From Pseudomonadota bacterium (GTDB lineage Bacteria; Pseudomonadota; Gammaproteobacteria; Burkholderiales; JALYOK01), in assembly GCA_031419835.1 (NCBI GenBank), contig JANOLP010000191.1:137-64136 (forward strand): a stretch of DNA of 64,000 nt. Reading direction: 5' to 3'. The notes under the pieces are model-generated. The model did no database searches. It saw nothing but the letters and a program-made list of their open reading frames with translations, and had not been told where the DNA came from. Positions within the stretch are counted from its first letter, which is position 1, and every line of letters begins with the position of its first letter. Position numbers and translations under genes: made by a program. Below are positions 1-9,273 of the stretch, piece after piece.

Positions 1-1771
1 ATTGACTTAAGTGGTTATGAATTTTTTCATAAGTACTTTCCATCGGCGCATCGGCTTTGACCCCCGAGCTACTTATTTCGAGCTTCTCAAGGCCGCCCGC
101 CGCGAGCGCCAAAGGCTTGAGCCAAATGCGCTCGCCGTTAACCGCCAAGTGACTACCCATAATGCCTGGTAGTAGAAACACGATTGGCTTATTTGATGCA
201 TCGGCCGCGCCACGCGTTGCGCTTGGGCCACGGTATCCGCGCGACTCAGCTACTTGCCGTGGCACGAAAACTTCAAATCCGTCATTTTCAGTGGGCTGAT
301 GCAAGGCCGAAACCAGCTTCTTCACCGATGTGTCGTTCTTAAAATAACTAAAATGATTGACCTGCGGTCCTTGCGTGAAATACCGCCGCGCGCCGCCGGC
401 ACGTTCGGCGCCGCCATACATGGCAGACGTGTTGACGACTAAATCGTGATCTTCGCGATAAAACAAGTCCGTGAGGAATACGCCGAATCGCTTCCATACG
501 CCCGCGCCCTCGATATCGCCGGCGACGACATGCAAATCGGAACGCGAATTGATATCGCGCTGGTTCAGGAGCCGAATCAGTGGCGCGCTGGGCATCTGCG
601 CTTCAAGGCCGGGTAATTTGTCCGGATTAGTACGGGTTTTAACCAGCGCCGTGGCAAATTCTTCGAATAATTGGAAGAAGGGCGAGGCACTCAGGGTCGA
701 TAGATCACCGAACAAATTCAGTAACATCGACAACCATCGATCAAGGCGTTCGGATGCCAGCGTTGTACCTCGCGCCGGGCAACCAACACGCACGAATCGA
801 GCAACGCGCAAGCGCTTCTGCAGCAAGAGATCGCCCAGTTGCTTGAGTTGCTCTTGGTCGTTTTCTCGCGGATTGCCATCGGCGTCGACGAATAGTCGCT
901 TGATTTCGTCTGGCGTGAACGGATCACGGCCGTCCAATTCGCCGCGGCAAAGCAATTCACCAACGATGCCACCTCGTGAATGGGTAATTAGGTGTAGCGT
1001 GGCGTTTGCGGGCAACTCCCGAACTAACGCGATCGCATTTTGGATTGGGCTTTCTGTTAGGGAGTAATGCTCGAATCCGTAGACCTGCGCGTTATAGGGC
1101 GAAAGTAATTGCTTACGTAGGTCCGCCAGTTGTGTAGACCATAGTTCGCTGAAGCTGCCTAGCGTACTGGATGCGGTGCCGTGGATAAATACCAGTAGCG
1201 GCTTATCTCGCGGACTTAATTTGAAATCCGGCTCAGCGAGTTCAAGCTTGTCGCCCGTCTTAATTTGCCAAATGCGTTGCTCTGCAGGTTTCTTTTGATC
1301 CTCCTTCCACAACTGCTTGCGCTCGTACCATTTGCAAACCTTTTCGCCAGTTAGCTCGGCGGCCGCTTCGATGGGATCAATGCCGAAGATGCGTAATCCT
1401 TCCACGATCCAGTCCGAAACACCCCGAGTCGCTTCGGCGTTCGATAATCCCCCCGATAAAATGATCTCGTCGTCCGCTGCGCCGCGTGCCCGCGAAGCGG
1501 GAAAATCGCCGAGATAGTCGTCAAGCCTGGTGAGCAGGCGCAGGCCGCCTTGAAGCCGTAGATCGACGACGTCGTCGGGTTTATGGTCCTTTAGCTTGAT
1601 TCGCGGCGCCTCGCCTCCACCCCGCGTTGCGGCAAAGCTAATCTCGGTTTTGGTTCGGGCTTGAAACAGGTTATCCACGAATGGCGATTCGGCCGCGTTG
1701 CCAAGCGATAAACGTTTAGTACTCGATTTCTTTTTAATGCCCGTGCTAGTGCGTTTGCTCGAACTTGCCAC
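1..1771 (-). CDS. Large tandem alpha/beta-hydrolase (lipase/esterase-like) protein; only the N-terminal ~590 codons are here, the 3' end lies beyond the window start
   Basis: Absent from the ORF track because there is no stop in the window. My translation of the minus strand from GTG at 1771-1769 (GGAGGA just upstream) stays open to position 1. It reads VASSSKRTSTGIKKK...PLLVFIHGTASSTLGSF...LHLITHSRGGIVGELL...VGCPARGTTLAS (first hydrolase module, nucleophile-elbow-like HSRGG). It then reads ...PIVFLLPGIMGSHLAVNGERIWL, the start of a second LCAT/PGAP1-like lipase module. The start is 84 nt downstream of the caspase stop, on the same strand. Confidence 0.7.
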   Translation of the reverse strand, partial: MASSSKRTSTGIKKKSSTKRLSLGNAAESPFVDNLFQARTKTEISFAATRGGGEAPRIKLKDHKPDDVVDLRLQGGLRLLTRLDDYLGDFPASRARGAADDEIILSGGLSNAEATRGVSDWIVEGLRIFGIDPIEAAAELTGEKVCKWYERKQLWKEDQKKPAEQRIWQIKTGDKLELAEPDFKLSPRDKPLLVFIHGTASSTLGSFSELWSTQLADLRKQLLSPYNAQVYGFEHYSLTESPIQNAIALVRELPANATLHLITHSRGGIVGELLCRGELDGRDPFTPDEIKRLFVDADGNPRENDQEQLKQLGDLLLQKRLRVARFVRVGCPARGTTLASERLDRWLSMLLNLFGDLSTLSASPFFQLFEEFATALVKTRTNPDKLPGLEAQMPSAPLIRLLNQRDINSRSDLHVVAGDIEGAGVWKRFGVFLTDLFYREDHDLVVNTSAMYGGAERAGGARRYFTQGPQVNHFSYFKNDTSVKKLVSALHQPTENDGFEVFVPRQVAESRGYRGPSATRGAADASNKPIVFLLPGIMGSHLAVNGERIWLKPLALAAGGLEKLEISSSGVKADAPMESTYEKIHNHLSQ

Positions 1772-1855
1772 GAGTCCTCCGCCAGATAATCAACTCGAGT
1801 TGGATGCGACGCGAAAATTCAATGGGTCGCAAGGATATTCGTTAGCGGGTATTCT

Positions 1856-2770
1856 TCATTTCACCGTAAACGGCTGCTGCTTCAGAAACCGCGCTGCCCG
1901 GCCGAGCACAAATAAGTTCGGCGTTTGGCTTGCCGGTAACCCTGCTTTAATTTCTGCGTGAAACTTCGCGTAGTTACCCTTATATCCCCCGTGGTTCCAT
2001 ACACGTAATAGCTGTTCGGTGAAGGCGCCGTTGTGGTCGCCATCCATCGATGTTTGATTGTCTTGGCAACCGGAAATCAAAATCACGGCCGCTTTGAATT
2101 TTTTCGCTATTGCGGTCAGGCGCGGGCTTACCGCTAATTGAGCAAGAACGGCGTCCGGATCGGGTTCGGACGATTTATCTGATACGTTTGCTACGTCTTT
2201 TTGGAGCTTGTCATAAAACGCTTGATGTTCGCGGTAAGTTCGCATGCCGACTGCGAGCGGCATCATCTTGGATCGCCCGACGGACGTCATTGCGTTCGCT
2301 TGCGGAGGCGCGGCGCGGGTGACCGTACCGCTGTGACAGCTGTCGGATAGCACCAATACGCGAACGCCAGTGGCGAAGCGACTGAGTTCTAAGTACAACT
2401 CGTCGTCAATGAACTGGCCATCGTAAAGACACCAGGTCTCGTCGTTCTTGTCAGCCTCTTCACCAGAAATATCTGGCACTTGCCCACCATGCCCCGAATA
2501 GGTCAGAAAAAATAGGTCGCCGGCAACAAGTCGCTTGGCCGCAGCCCGAATGGCGGCGAGCGTTTTGCTCCGAGTGCCATTTTTTGTTAACAAGACGGTA
2601 GATTTCATACCGCGGGACGCGGAGATTGTCGCCATGTCATTCGCGTCGAACTCGCATGCATTGAGATCGCCACTCCAACCCCCATAGTGGGCTGGGCTCA
2701 CTGAATTGAGGCCAATATGCAATGACATTGCCTTAGTGTTGTCTGATTTGGAGAGAGATGGCTTTTTCAT
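1856..2770 (-). CDS. Caspase-like cysteine peptidase (peptidase C14, metacaspase/orthocaspase-like), stand-alone
   Basis: 304-aa ORF. It has the caspase His/Cys dyad contexts [10 protein letters not shown] and [21 protein letters not shown] precedes the ATG at 2770. No signal peptide. Confidence 0.85.
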   Translation of the reverse strand: MKKPSLSKSDNTKAMSLHIGLNSVSPAHYGGWSGDLNACEFDANDMATISASRGMKSTVLLTKNGTRSKTLAAIRAAAKRLVAGDLFFLTYSGHGGQVPDISGEEADKNDETWCLYDGQFIDDELYLELSRFATGVRVLVLSDSCHSGTVTRAAPPQANAMTSVGRSKMMPLAVGMRTYREHQAFYDKLQKDVANVSDKSSEPDPDAVLAQLAVSPRLTAIAKKFKAAVILISGCQDNQTSMDGDHNGAFTEQLLRVWNHGGYKGNYAKFHAEIKAGLPASQTPNLFVLGRAARFLKQQPFTVK

Positions 2771-3081
2771 AAGTTAATCCTCAGAAAAAAATAACAGGGT
2801 TCAGTGAGTTGCGACAAAACTTCCTTTTGTGCTCATGCACGCGATGCAATAAACTTTCCTCGAATCGCCGTGGATAACCCAATAGAAAAAATGCATGCAA
2901 CGCTACGGGAGAGACGTTTGGTTTTCGTTGATGCTACGCCTGGCAAGGCGTCATGGCAATATCACTTTTGGCTTAGGCCGTTTGGCATATTTCCCATATT
3001 TTGAGGTAATGGGAGGGCCGCAATGGGTGATACTTCACGAAATACGATTAGAATGACGCTCGAATAAAGTCTTAAACTAGG

Positions 3082-3792
3082 GTGCCCATCTTGAACCCCC
3101 ACTATGTGTTGATCGATTACGAAAACGTGCAGGTCAAATCCCTGGCGTTATTGAGGGGCGAACAGTTTCGTGTTCGCGTTTTCCTCGGCAAGTCCAACAC
3201 GAAAATCCACAGCGAACTGGCTATAGCAATACAAAGATTGGGTGACCGAGCGGAGTACATCACATTGGAGTCGTCAGGGGCCAATGCGTTGGACTTTCAC
3301 ATTGCGTACTATCTTGGCGTCTTGGCGACCGCCGACCCCACGGCAAATTTTCACGTTATCTCCAAAGACAAAGGCTTCGATCCCCTGATTCAGCATCTAA
3401 AAACCCGCGCGGTGCATGCGGCTCGCGCGACGTCCATCGAAGCAATGTCCGGAATTGAATCTATCGCTAGACCGTCGGTCAGGGACGAATTGCCGCGATC
3501 GTCGGCAAAGAAAAGTAAGTCTGTAGCGCGGGTCAAAACAACCGCTAAACCGGCGATCGGCAAAATAGCGTTCGCGCAAGAAGAGCAAATCAAGTCTGTG
3601 ATAGAAAACCTAAAAAATAGAAGATCGGCGCGCCCGACCAAGATGGCAACCCTCCTAAACACTATTCACGCCAAGATCGGAAAGGAACGGCCCTTGACGG
3701 AAGCTGAAGCGGTGCGCGATGAGCTGGTCGCTCGCAAACATGTCTTGGTGAGCGGACTGAAGGTCAGCTACAGCCTCCCGGCCGTGGATTAA
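3082..3792 (+). CDS. NYN/PIN-like nuclease-domain protein with a basic helical C-terminal extension
   Basis: 236-aa ORF with a GTG start. The N-terminal pattern YVLIDYENVQ ... FHVISKDKGFDPLIQHL resembles NYN/LabA-type PIN-like domains. The C-terminal ~80 aa are basic and helical, possibly nucleic-acid binding. Family call is from motif memory only. Confidence 0.5.
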   Translation: MPILNPHYVLIDYENVQVKSLALLRGEQFRVRVFLGKSNTKIHSELAIAIQRLGDRAEYITLESSGANALDFHIAYYLGVLATADPTANFHVISKDKGFDPLIQHLKTRAVHAARATSIEAMSGIESIARPSVRDELPRSSAKKSKSVARVKTTAKPAIGKIAFAQEEQIKSVIENLKNRRSARPTKMATLLNTIHAKIGKERPLTEAEAVRDELVARKHVLVSGLKVSYSLPAVD

Positions 3793-3825
3793 CATTGATG
3801 CCCATGCGAGACGCACCGCACTGCG

Positions 3826-4191
3826 ATGTCGAAAGCAAATAGCCGTCTCGATCAAGTGGTCATCGAGGCCCGTCGCAACGCCGAGAAGCGACTGGCCGGC
3901 TATCGAGCGCAGGCGCTCAAGCTCTATCCATGGGTGTGTGGGCGATGCGCGCGTACCTTTGATCACAGCAATCTGCAGCTACTAGAAGTCCACCACAAAA
4001 ACAGTAATCATGATGACAACCCGGCGGACGGTAGCAATTGGGAGTTGCTGTGTACCTATTGCCATGAAAACGAACATTCCAAGCTGAAAGATATGACGGG
4101 GCGCGTCGATGTGGGAAACGCAGCATCATCCGCAACATTCAATCCTTTTGCCGAACTAAAAGCCAAGTTGGAGTCCAAGAAACGCGGTTAG
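3826..4191 (+). CDS. yajD: HNH endonuclease family protein YajD
   Basis: 121-aa ORF colinear with E. coli YajD as I recall it: LKLYPWVCGRC, EVHHKN..HDDNPADGSNWELLCTYCHENEHSK, NPFAELKAKL. Confidence 0.85.
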   Translation: MSKANSRLDQVVIEARRNAEKRLAGYRAQALKLYPWVCGRCARTFDHSNLQLLEVHHKNSNHDDNPADGSNWELLCTYCHENEHSKLKDMTGRVDVGNAASSATFNPFAELKAKLESKKRG

Positions 4192-4193
4192 CG

Positions 4194-4286
4194 GTGATCG
4201 TTGGATCGCTCTTCGGTCAATCGGTGGCGGCCTATCTGTCAGATCAACTCGGGCGCAAGAAAACGTCCATAGTGCTAACCAATTAA
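4194..4286 (+). pseudogene. Possible relic of an MFS transporter gene (motif-A region only)
   Basis: A 30-codon frame reads VIVGSLFGQSVAAYLSDQLGRKKTSIVLTN*. It resembles the TM2-loop motif A (G..L.D..GRK) of MFS transporters, but no N- or C-terminal remainder is present. Confidence 0.3.
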
Positions 4287-4299
4287 AGTCGCCGTAAAC

Positions 4300-5973
4300 T
4301 CATGAGCGTAATACTTTGCCGGCGCGGGCATCCGTAACGTGGCCATCGGCAAATACTGTTTCGCCATTGACGATCGTATGTTGGATACCACGCGAAGGCA
4401 TGACCATACGCTTGCCGCCGCCGGGAAGATCGTAGCGTCGCTCACCACGATTGCCGGAGCCAACGGTTTGTGGATCGAAGATGGTGATGTCGGCGGCAAA
4501 CCCTGGTTTGAGACGTCCACGATCCTTAATGCCATAAAAGTCCGCCGGATCGGAGGTCAATCTGCGAACGCCTTCCTCCAGCGTAAGGACTTGGTGTTCG
4601 CGAACCCATGTTCCGAGCAAATAGGTGGGATAGCCCGAGTCGCAAAGCATATCCACGTGGGCGCCACCATCTCCGAGCCCGATGAGAATATCAGGGTTGG
4701 CGAGGATTTCTTTCATGCGATCGACGCGGTGGTTAAAAGTCGATAACGTAAATTCAATCTCAAGGTCATCTTGTAGAGTCAAGTCGAGAAAAGCGTCGAC
4801 GCCATCCTTGCCTTGTGCCTTGGCGATGTCCGCAATGGTTTGTCCTTCGAACTGTTTCAGAGCCGGTGATCGCACTTCGTGTACCCGCACCCGCGACCAA
4901 TTGCCGAACGTTAATGGACGCTTGAGGTCTTCGCGAAACTGATCGCGAAATGCTCGGTCGGCATAGACGGCTGCCTGTGCCGTTTTCGACTGATCGGCAA
5001 ACACCCGCGCCCAAGACGGAAACGGCGCAAAGGAAAATGGATTGCGCATATTGACCTCGCGCGTGAGTGGCAACGGTGAAGTTTGCGGCCGTGCGCCACG
5101 TTTGATAAGCGGCGCCGCCTTGCGCAAGGTATCGCGAACTGCTTCTGGAATATCATCGCGGTCGAACATGGCAATGAACGTAACGGGTCGATTGCTTTCT
5201 GTAAGCAGTAGGTCGAGCAACTCGTACTGATCGTCTTCCAAAACCGCGATTTGCCGCGTCAGCGCGACCTCTATTGCGCCCTTGTTCTTCTGCTTGAGCA
5301 CATTGGAGTAGGCGCTGTATTCTTCCGCGCTAGCATTGCGGCATCCCAAAGGCTTACCGCCGTATCCCATGTGTTGATTCAGAATAGTGCTGGAAAAACC
5401 AAACGCACCCGCATCCATTGCCTCGGCCAAGAGTAAGCTGATGCGCTGCCTTTCGTCGGGTGTGGCGGCTCGTTCCATCGATGCTTCGCCCATTACGTAG
5501 CGGCGGAATGGCGTAAGTGGCGCCAAGAATCCAAGATTAACCGCTGGACGTCGACGTTCCGCCGCATCCATGAACTCCGGAAAGGTTTCCCATTCCCAGG
5601 TGATGCCGCGATCCAAAACGTCGAATGGAATCGCCTCGACGTTAACGAGATCGCGCATGGCGACCTCACGCTCGAAAGGGCGGCACGGCGCGATACCCAC
5701 GCCGCAATTGCCCATTACCACACTGGTAACGCCATGCCATGGCGAAGGCGTTACCGCGCTATCCCAGCAAATTTGCGCGTCGTAATGGGTGTGTGGATCG
5801 ATGAAGCCAGGTGCCACGACGCAATCGCCGGCGTCAATCACGCGATTGGCGCTGCCATCAAATTTACCGATCGCCACAATCCTTCCGTCGGAAACCGCAA
5901 GGTCAGCGCGTTGCGCCGGTGCGCCTGTGCCGTCGATCACGGTTCCGTTTTTAATTAACAAGTCATACGGCAT
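4300..5973 (-). CDS. N-acyl-D-amino-acid deacylase (D-aminoacylase) family amidohydrolase
   Basis: The ORF spans 4300..6015. Homology starts at MPYDLLIKNGTVIDGTGAP (ATG at 5973). It has the metal-binding motif PGFIDPHTHYD and GNCGVG. Confidence 0.85.
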   Translation of the reverse strand: MPYDLLIKNGTVIDGTGAPAQRADLAVSDGRIVAIGKFDGSANRVIDAGDCVVAPGFIDPHTHYDAQICWDSAVTPSPWHGVTSVVMGNCGVGIAPCRPFEREVAMRDLVNVEAIPFDVLDRGITWEWETFPEFMDAAERRRPAVNLGFLAPLTPFRRYVMGEASMERAATPDERQRISLLLAEAMDAGAFGFSSTILNQHMGYGGKPLGCRNASAEEYSAYSNVLKQKNKGAIEVALTRQIAVLEDDQYELLDLLLTESNRPVTFIAMFDRDDIPEAVRDTLRKAAPLIKRGARPQTSPLPLTREVNMRNPFSFAPFPSWARVFADQSKTAQAAVYADRAFRDQFREDLKRPLTFGNWSRVRVHEVRSPALKQFEGQTIADIAKAQGKDGVDAFLDLTLQDDLEIEFTLSTFNHRVDRMKEILANPDILIGLGDGGAHVDMLCDSGYPTYLLGTWVREHQVLTLEEGVRRLTSDPADFYGIKDRGRLKPGFAADITIFDPQTVGSGNRGERRYDLPGGGKRMVMPSRGIQHTIVNGETVFADGHVTDARAGKVLRS

Positions 5974-6116
5974 AAGGCGATCCAGGTTGTCTGTTGAGAA
6001 AATTAGCCGGCACATCGGGCGGATAATGCCAACTTCGGTAGCGGTTTACCGCCTCACTGTGACAAAGTCAAAGGCATAAAAATTGCAAATCGGACGAGTA
6101 CATTATCTTATTGATT

Positions 6117-6207
6117 TGGTGCCCGGAACCGGAATCGAACCGGTACGGACTGTTTAGAGTCCGACGGATTTTAAGTCCGTTGTGTCTACCAATTTCACCA
6201 CCCGGGC
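6117..6207 (-). tRNA. tRNA-Leu (anticodon UAA), long variable arm, encoded CCA
   Basis: The reverse complement is GCCCGGGTGGTGAAATTGGTAGACACAACGGACTTAAAATCCGTCGGACTCTAAACAGTCCGTACCGGTTCGATTCCGGTTCCGGGCACCA. It folds with a 7-bp acceptor stem, anticodon stem ACGGA/TCCGT with loop CTTAAAA, a long extra arm and a GGTTCGATTCC T-loop. Confidence 0.9.
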
Positions 6208-6445
6208 GAGAAAACCTCGTTGGAACAAAAACTTGAAGCAAAGTGGAACACTATTCTACCAAAACGTCAGGCGTTTTCGCTTAAATGCTTAGGTGGTCGA
6301 AGTTAAAGTCCAAATATAGGGCGCGAAAGTTATGTTATATTGCTTTGAACAACTAGAAAGCGGATGCAATTTTGGGGACGCATCTCAGTTCAACCTCAAT
6401 GGATAAAAGGCTGTACGCCGGGCTGTAGCGCGTATTGATTTCCCC

Positions 6446-7576
6446 ATGTCATTTCTCCCCACACTTTTCCCCGACGATCCGAAGCAGGCAATACGCATGC
6501 GCCGTTTCTACATGGCCGCGTCCACTTCGGGGCTTGTGATGTTTCTCGTTTTCGTCTGCAGTTGGCTTGGGTTTGTCGAAAGCAACATCCTCGTCATTGC
6601 AGGCGGTTTGATCCTGACGATTATGGTTCTTTTCTATGTCATTTTCCGGACCAAACTCAATTTAAAATTTCGCGATCCTAGCTTGACCGCGGCACAAATG
6701 CTGACTTCGAGCCTGACGATGGTTTATGTTATGCATAACGCCGGCGCAGCGCGGGGAATTTTCCTTATCGTGATTTTGATGATTTTTGTCTTCGGCGTGT
6801 TCAGGCTTAGCGCCCGGGAATTCCTTCAAATCGCTGGGCTCGTGTTGATTGCCTATGTTGTGCTCGCTTGGCCCCTTCTTGGCGGCGCGACTCCTTCCAG
6901 CGATAAGAGTCTCGCCGTGCTGTATGGCATCGTCTTGCTCGTTGTTCTTCCATGGTTTGGGATAATGGGCGCCTATATCGGCCGCCTGCGTTTTCGCCTC
7001 GATAAGAGTATTGCCGAATTGGAATCCAGCCAAGCCATTGCGGTACGCGACGATCTCACCGGAGCTTACAATCGGCGTTACTTAATGGGTGCGCTGACCA
7101 AGGAAAAAAGCCGTAGCGACCGCGGTGGCGAGCCATTTTCGGTCTGCATAATCGACATCGACTACTTCAAACGCGTCAACGATACCAAGGGCCATCTGGT
7201 CGGCGATCAGGTATTGAAGCAACTCACCTTGGTGGTGCAGCCCGATGTGCGAACGACGGACTTTTTTGGCCGTTTCGGCGGCGAGGAGTTTCTGTTGATC
7301 TTGTCGGAAACTTCCCTTACCGGCGCTTGCGTCTATGCCGAGCGCGTTCGGCAAATGGTCGAACAACTTCAATTTCCGGAGATCGATCCCGCCCTTCGAA
7401 TTACTGTCTCAATCGGCGTAACGCAATATCGTCCACGCGAGGAAATATCAACGACGCTTAACCGCGCCGATATGGCGCTTTACGATGCCAAGGCCCGTGG
7501 CCGTAATCGCGTCGTGAAAGAAAGAGATCCGCTGCGGGTCTTGACTACGCCAGGCGCAAAAGCAAAATCAGCTTAG
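6446..7576 (+). CDS. Membrane-anchored diguanylate cyclase (GGDEF domain)
   Basis: 376-aa ORF. It has a hydrophobic multi-TM N-terminal half followed by DDLTGAYNRRY and the active-site motif RFGGEEFLL. Confidence 0.85.
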   Translation: MSFLPTLFPDDPKQAIRMRRFYMAASTSGLVMFLVFVCSWLGFVESNILVIAGGLILTIMVLFYVIFRTKLNLKFRDPSLTAAQMLTSSLTMVYVMHNAGAARGIFLIVILMIFVFGVFRLSAREFLQIAGLVLIAYVVLAWPLLGGATPSSDKSLAVLYGIVLLVVLPWFGIMGAYIGRLRFRLDKSIAELESSQAIAVRDDLTGAYNRRYLMGALTKEKSRSDRGGEPFSVCIIDIDYFKRVNDTKGHLVGDQVLKQLTLVVQPDVRTTDFFGRFGGEEFLLILSETSLTGACVYAERVRQMVEQLQFPEIDPALRITVSIGVTQYRPREEISTTLNRADMALYDAKARGRNRVVKERDPLRVLTTPGAKAKSA

Positions 7577-8566
7577 CGGTTGGCGCACGATATTTTTGAG
7601 TGCTGCGCCGGAAGTTAAGGCATCAATGTTTGCAGCGATATCGGTCCAGCGTCGCTCGATCATGCCACGTGTCCAAATCGACGAATGCGGCGTCATCAAT
7701 ACATTCGGCAATGACGCGAAGGGATGTTTCGATGGTGCGATAGTGAGATCTGTCGGAGTTGGATAGCGATACCAGGCATCGATCACCGCGCCGGCGATTT
7801 GTTTGTCCCGCAAGGCCTCGAATAACGCGTCCTCATCAATGATCGCGCCTCGCGCAACGTTCACGACAACGGCAGTTTTTTTCATCCTCGATAATGCGAC
7901 GCGATTGAGGAGCCCGACCGTTTGAGGCGCAAGTGCGATGCACACTGCAACGAAGTCACAGCGGCCTAGAAATTCATGAAGGTCTTGCAGCGGATAGATC
8001 TGATCAACGAAATCCGGTTGTTCGCGCACAGTGCGATTGCATCCCAGCACCGTCGTTCCGAACGCTTTTGCCAGTCGCGCGGCGGCAAGGCCGATTGGAC
8101 CAAGGCCGAGAATACCGATCGTTTTTCCGTATAACTCGTCGTGTAAAGGCGCGCCGGTACGACCGCTCATGTGCCAGCTTCCGGCTTTCATCGACTCGTG
8201 CGTGGCAACGAATTCGTGGCACCACGCCAGCATCGCGAGCAGAACATATTCGCCACCAGCGACGTCGTGGCCGTAGGCATTTCAAATACTCGCCCGTGGC
8301 GGTACGTCGTCAAACTTGATTTGGTCCAGCCCGGCGCCGGGTACTTGCAAAAGACGCAATTTCGGCGCTGCCGGCATATTCGCATACTGCAATGCGATGA
8401 CCACGTCTGCGCGTGACATGTGATCTGCCAAAACCGCCCTTGGCGCGTCTTCCTTCAGACGTTTGATTAACGCTGGCATGGCTAGTTTTCTTTGCAAAGT
8501 CTCGAGTAACTCGTAGACCAAAACGCCATACAGCAGAATATTGATTGGATTGTTATTGTTAGGCAC
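7568..8566 (-). pseudogene. D-isomer-specific 2-hydroxyacid dehydrogenase interrupted by one in-frame TGA
   Basis: ORF-track pieces 8282..8566 and 7568..8233 are in the same frame, split only by TGA at 8282-8284. The junction reads ...LQVPGAGLDQIKFDDVPPRASI*NAYGHDVAGGEYVLLAMLAW... It has the NAD-binding motif IGILGLGPIGLAAARLAKAFG, then NVARG and MTPH. Confidence 0.8.
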
Positions 8567-8613
8567 TATTCACAAACGAACGCGTGACGAGAGTAGCGTT
8601 CGAAAATAAAAAC

Positions 8614-9249
8614 TCAGGTCGATTTGGGTAAAACGATATCGAAGGTTCCCGACAGCTCGTTACCATTTTTTTCAAACGACACGATCAAACTTTCGCGCTC
8701 TGTTTTGTCGCGTACGCCGCTGAGCAAAAAATCTCCGGCATTTTCGCGCGCGCCAGCGATGTACATTTGCGTCACAAATGGCGATCCTTTTTTCCGCGAC
8801 ACGGCAAAATGAATGTGCGGCGCGCGGCCCGGATAGGCGATTGGCTTAATCGTACGAAAGCTATACGCGCCGCTAGCATTCGTCATTACTGCGCCGTAGC
8901 CCTGGAAATTCGGGTCGATCGGTTTGTTCGAATCATCGCCCTCATGGTGATAACGGCCAAAACCATTGACCTGCCAAATCTCGATCATCACGCCTTCGAG
9001 CGCCAGACCCTCAACGTCGGCTACGCGTCCGAAGACCGTGACAATTTCACCAAACGCAACACCGTCACGCCCGGTGACTTTAGTCAAGTCAAAATCTTTA
9101 TCGAGCGGAAACGTTCTTGGATAAAACGGACCACGCATTTGGCTTGGCGTTGTAATCGCCTCGGCGGCGAATCCCTTAAGCGCAAGCGGTCCAAGCACAG
9201 TCGAGCCGACTGAACTTGCTGCCCATCCTAATACGCGCCGCCGTTGCAT
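8614..9249 (-). CDS. Intradiol ring-cleavage dioxygenase family protein with a Tat-type signal
   Basis: 211-aa ORF. It has the twin-arginine leader MQRRRVLGWAASS and the intradiol dioxygenase core IAYPGRAPHIHF. Confidence 0.75.
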   Translation of the reverse strand: MQRRRVLGWAASSVGSTVLGPLALKGFAAEAITTPSQMRGPFYPRTFPLDKDFDLTKVTGRDGVAFGEIVTVFGRVADVEGLALEGVMIEIWQVNGFGRYHHEGDDSNKPIDPNFQGYGAVMTNASGAYSFRTIKPIAYPGRAPHIHFAVSRKKGSPFVTQMYIAGARENAGDFLLSGVRDKTERESLIVSFEKNGNELSGTFDIVLPKST

Positions 9250-9273
9250 CCCAACTCCTTGTACGTCGTTACG

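Noticed and set aside
471-1067. 198-aa plus-strand ORF (and 718..972 minus, 1317..1517 plus) in the first 1.8 kb
   Set aside because: The composition is Ser/Arg/Pro-rich and low-complexity. These ORFs lie antisense or out of frame to the long, motif-bearing minus-strand hydrolase frame that stays open from 1771 to position 1.
2804-3004. 66-aa ORF in the divergent intergenic region between the caspase and NYN genes
   Set aside because: It has no RBS, its composition is odd, and the region more plausibly holds the two divergent promoters.
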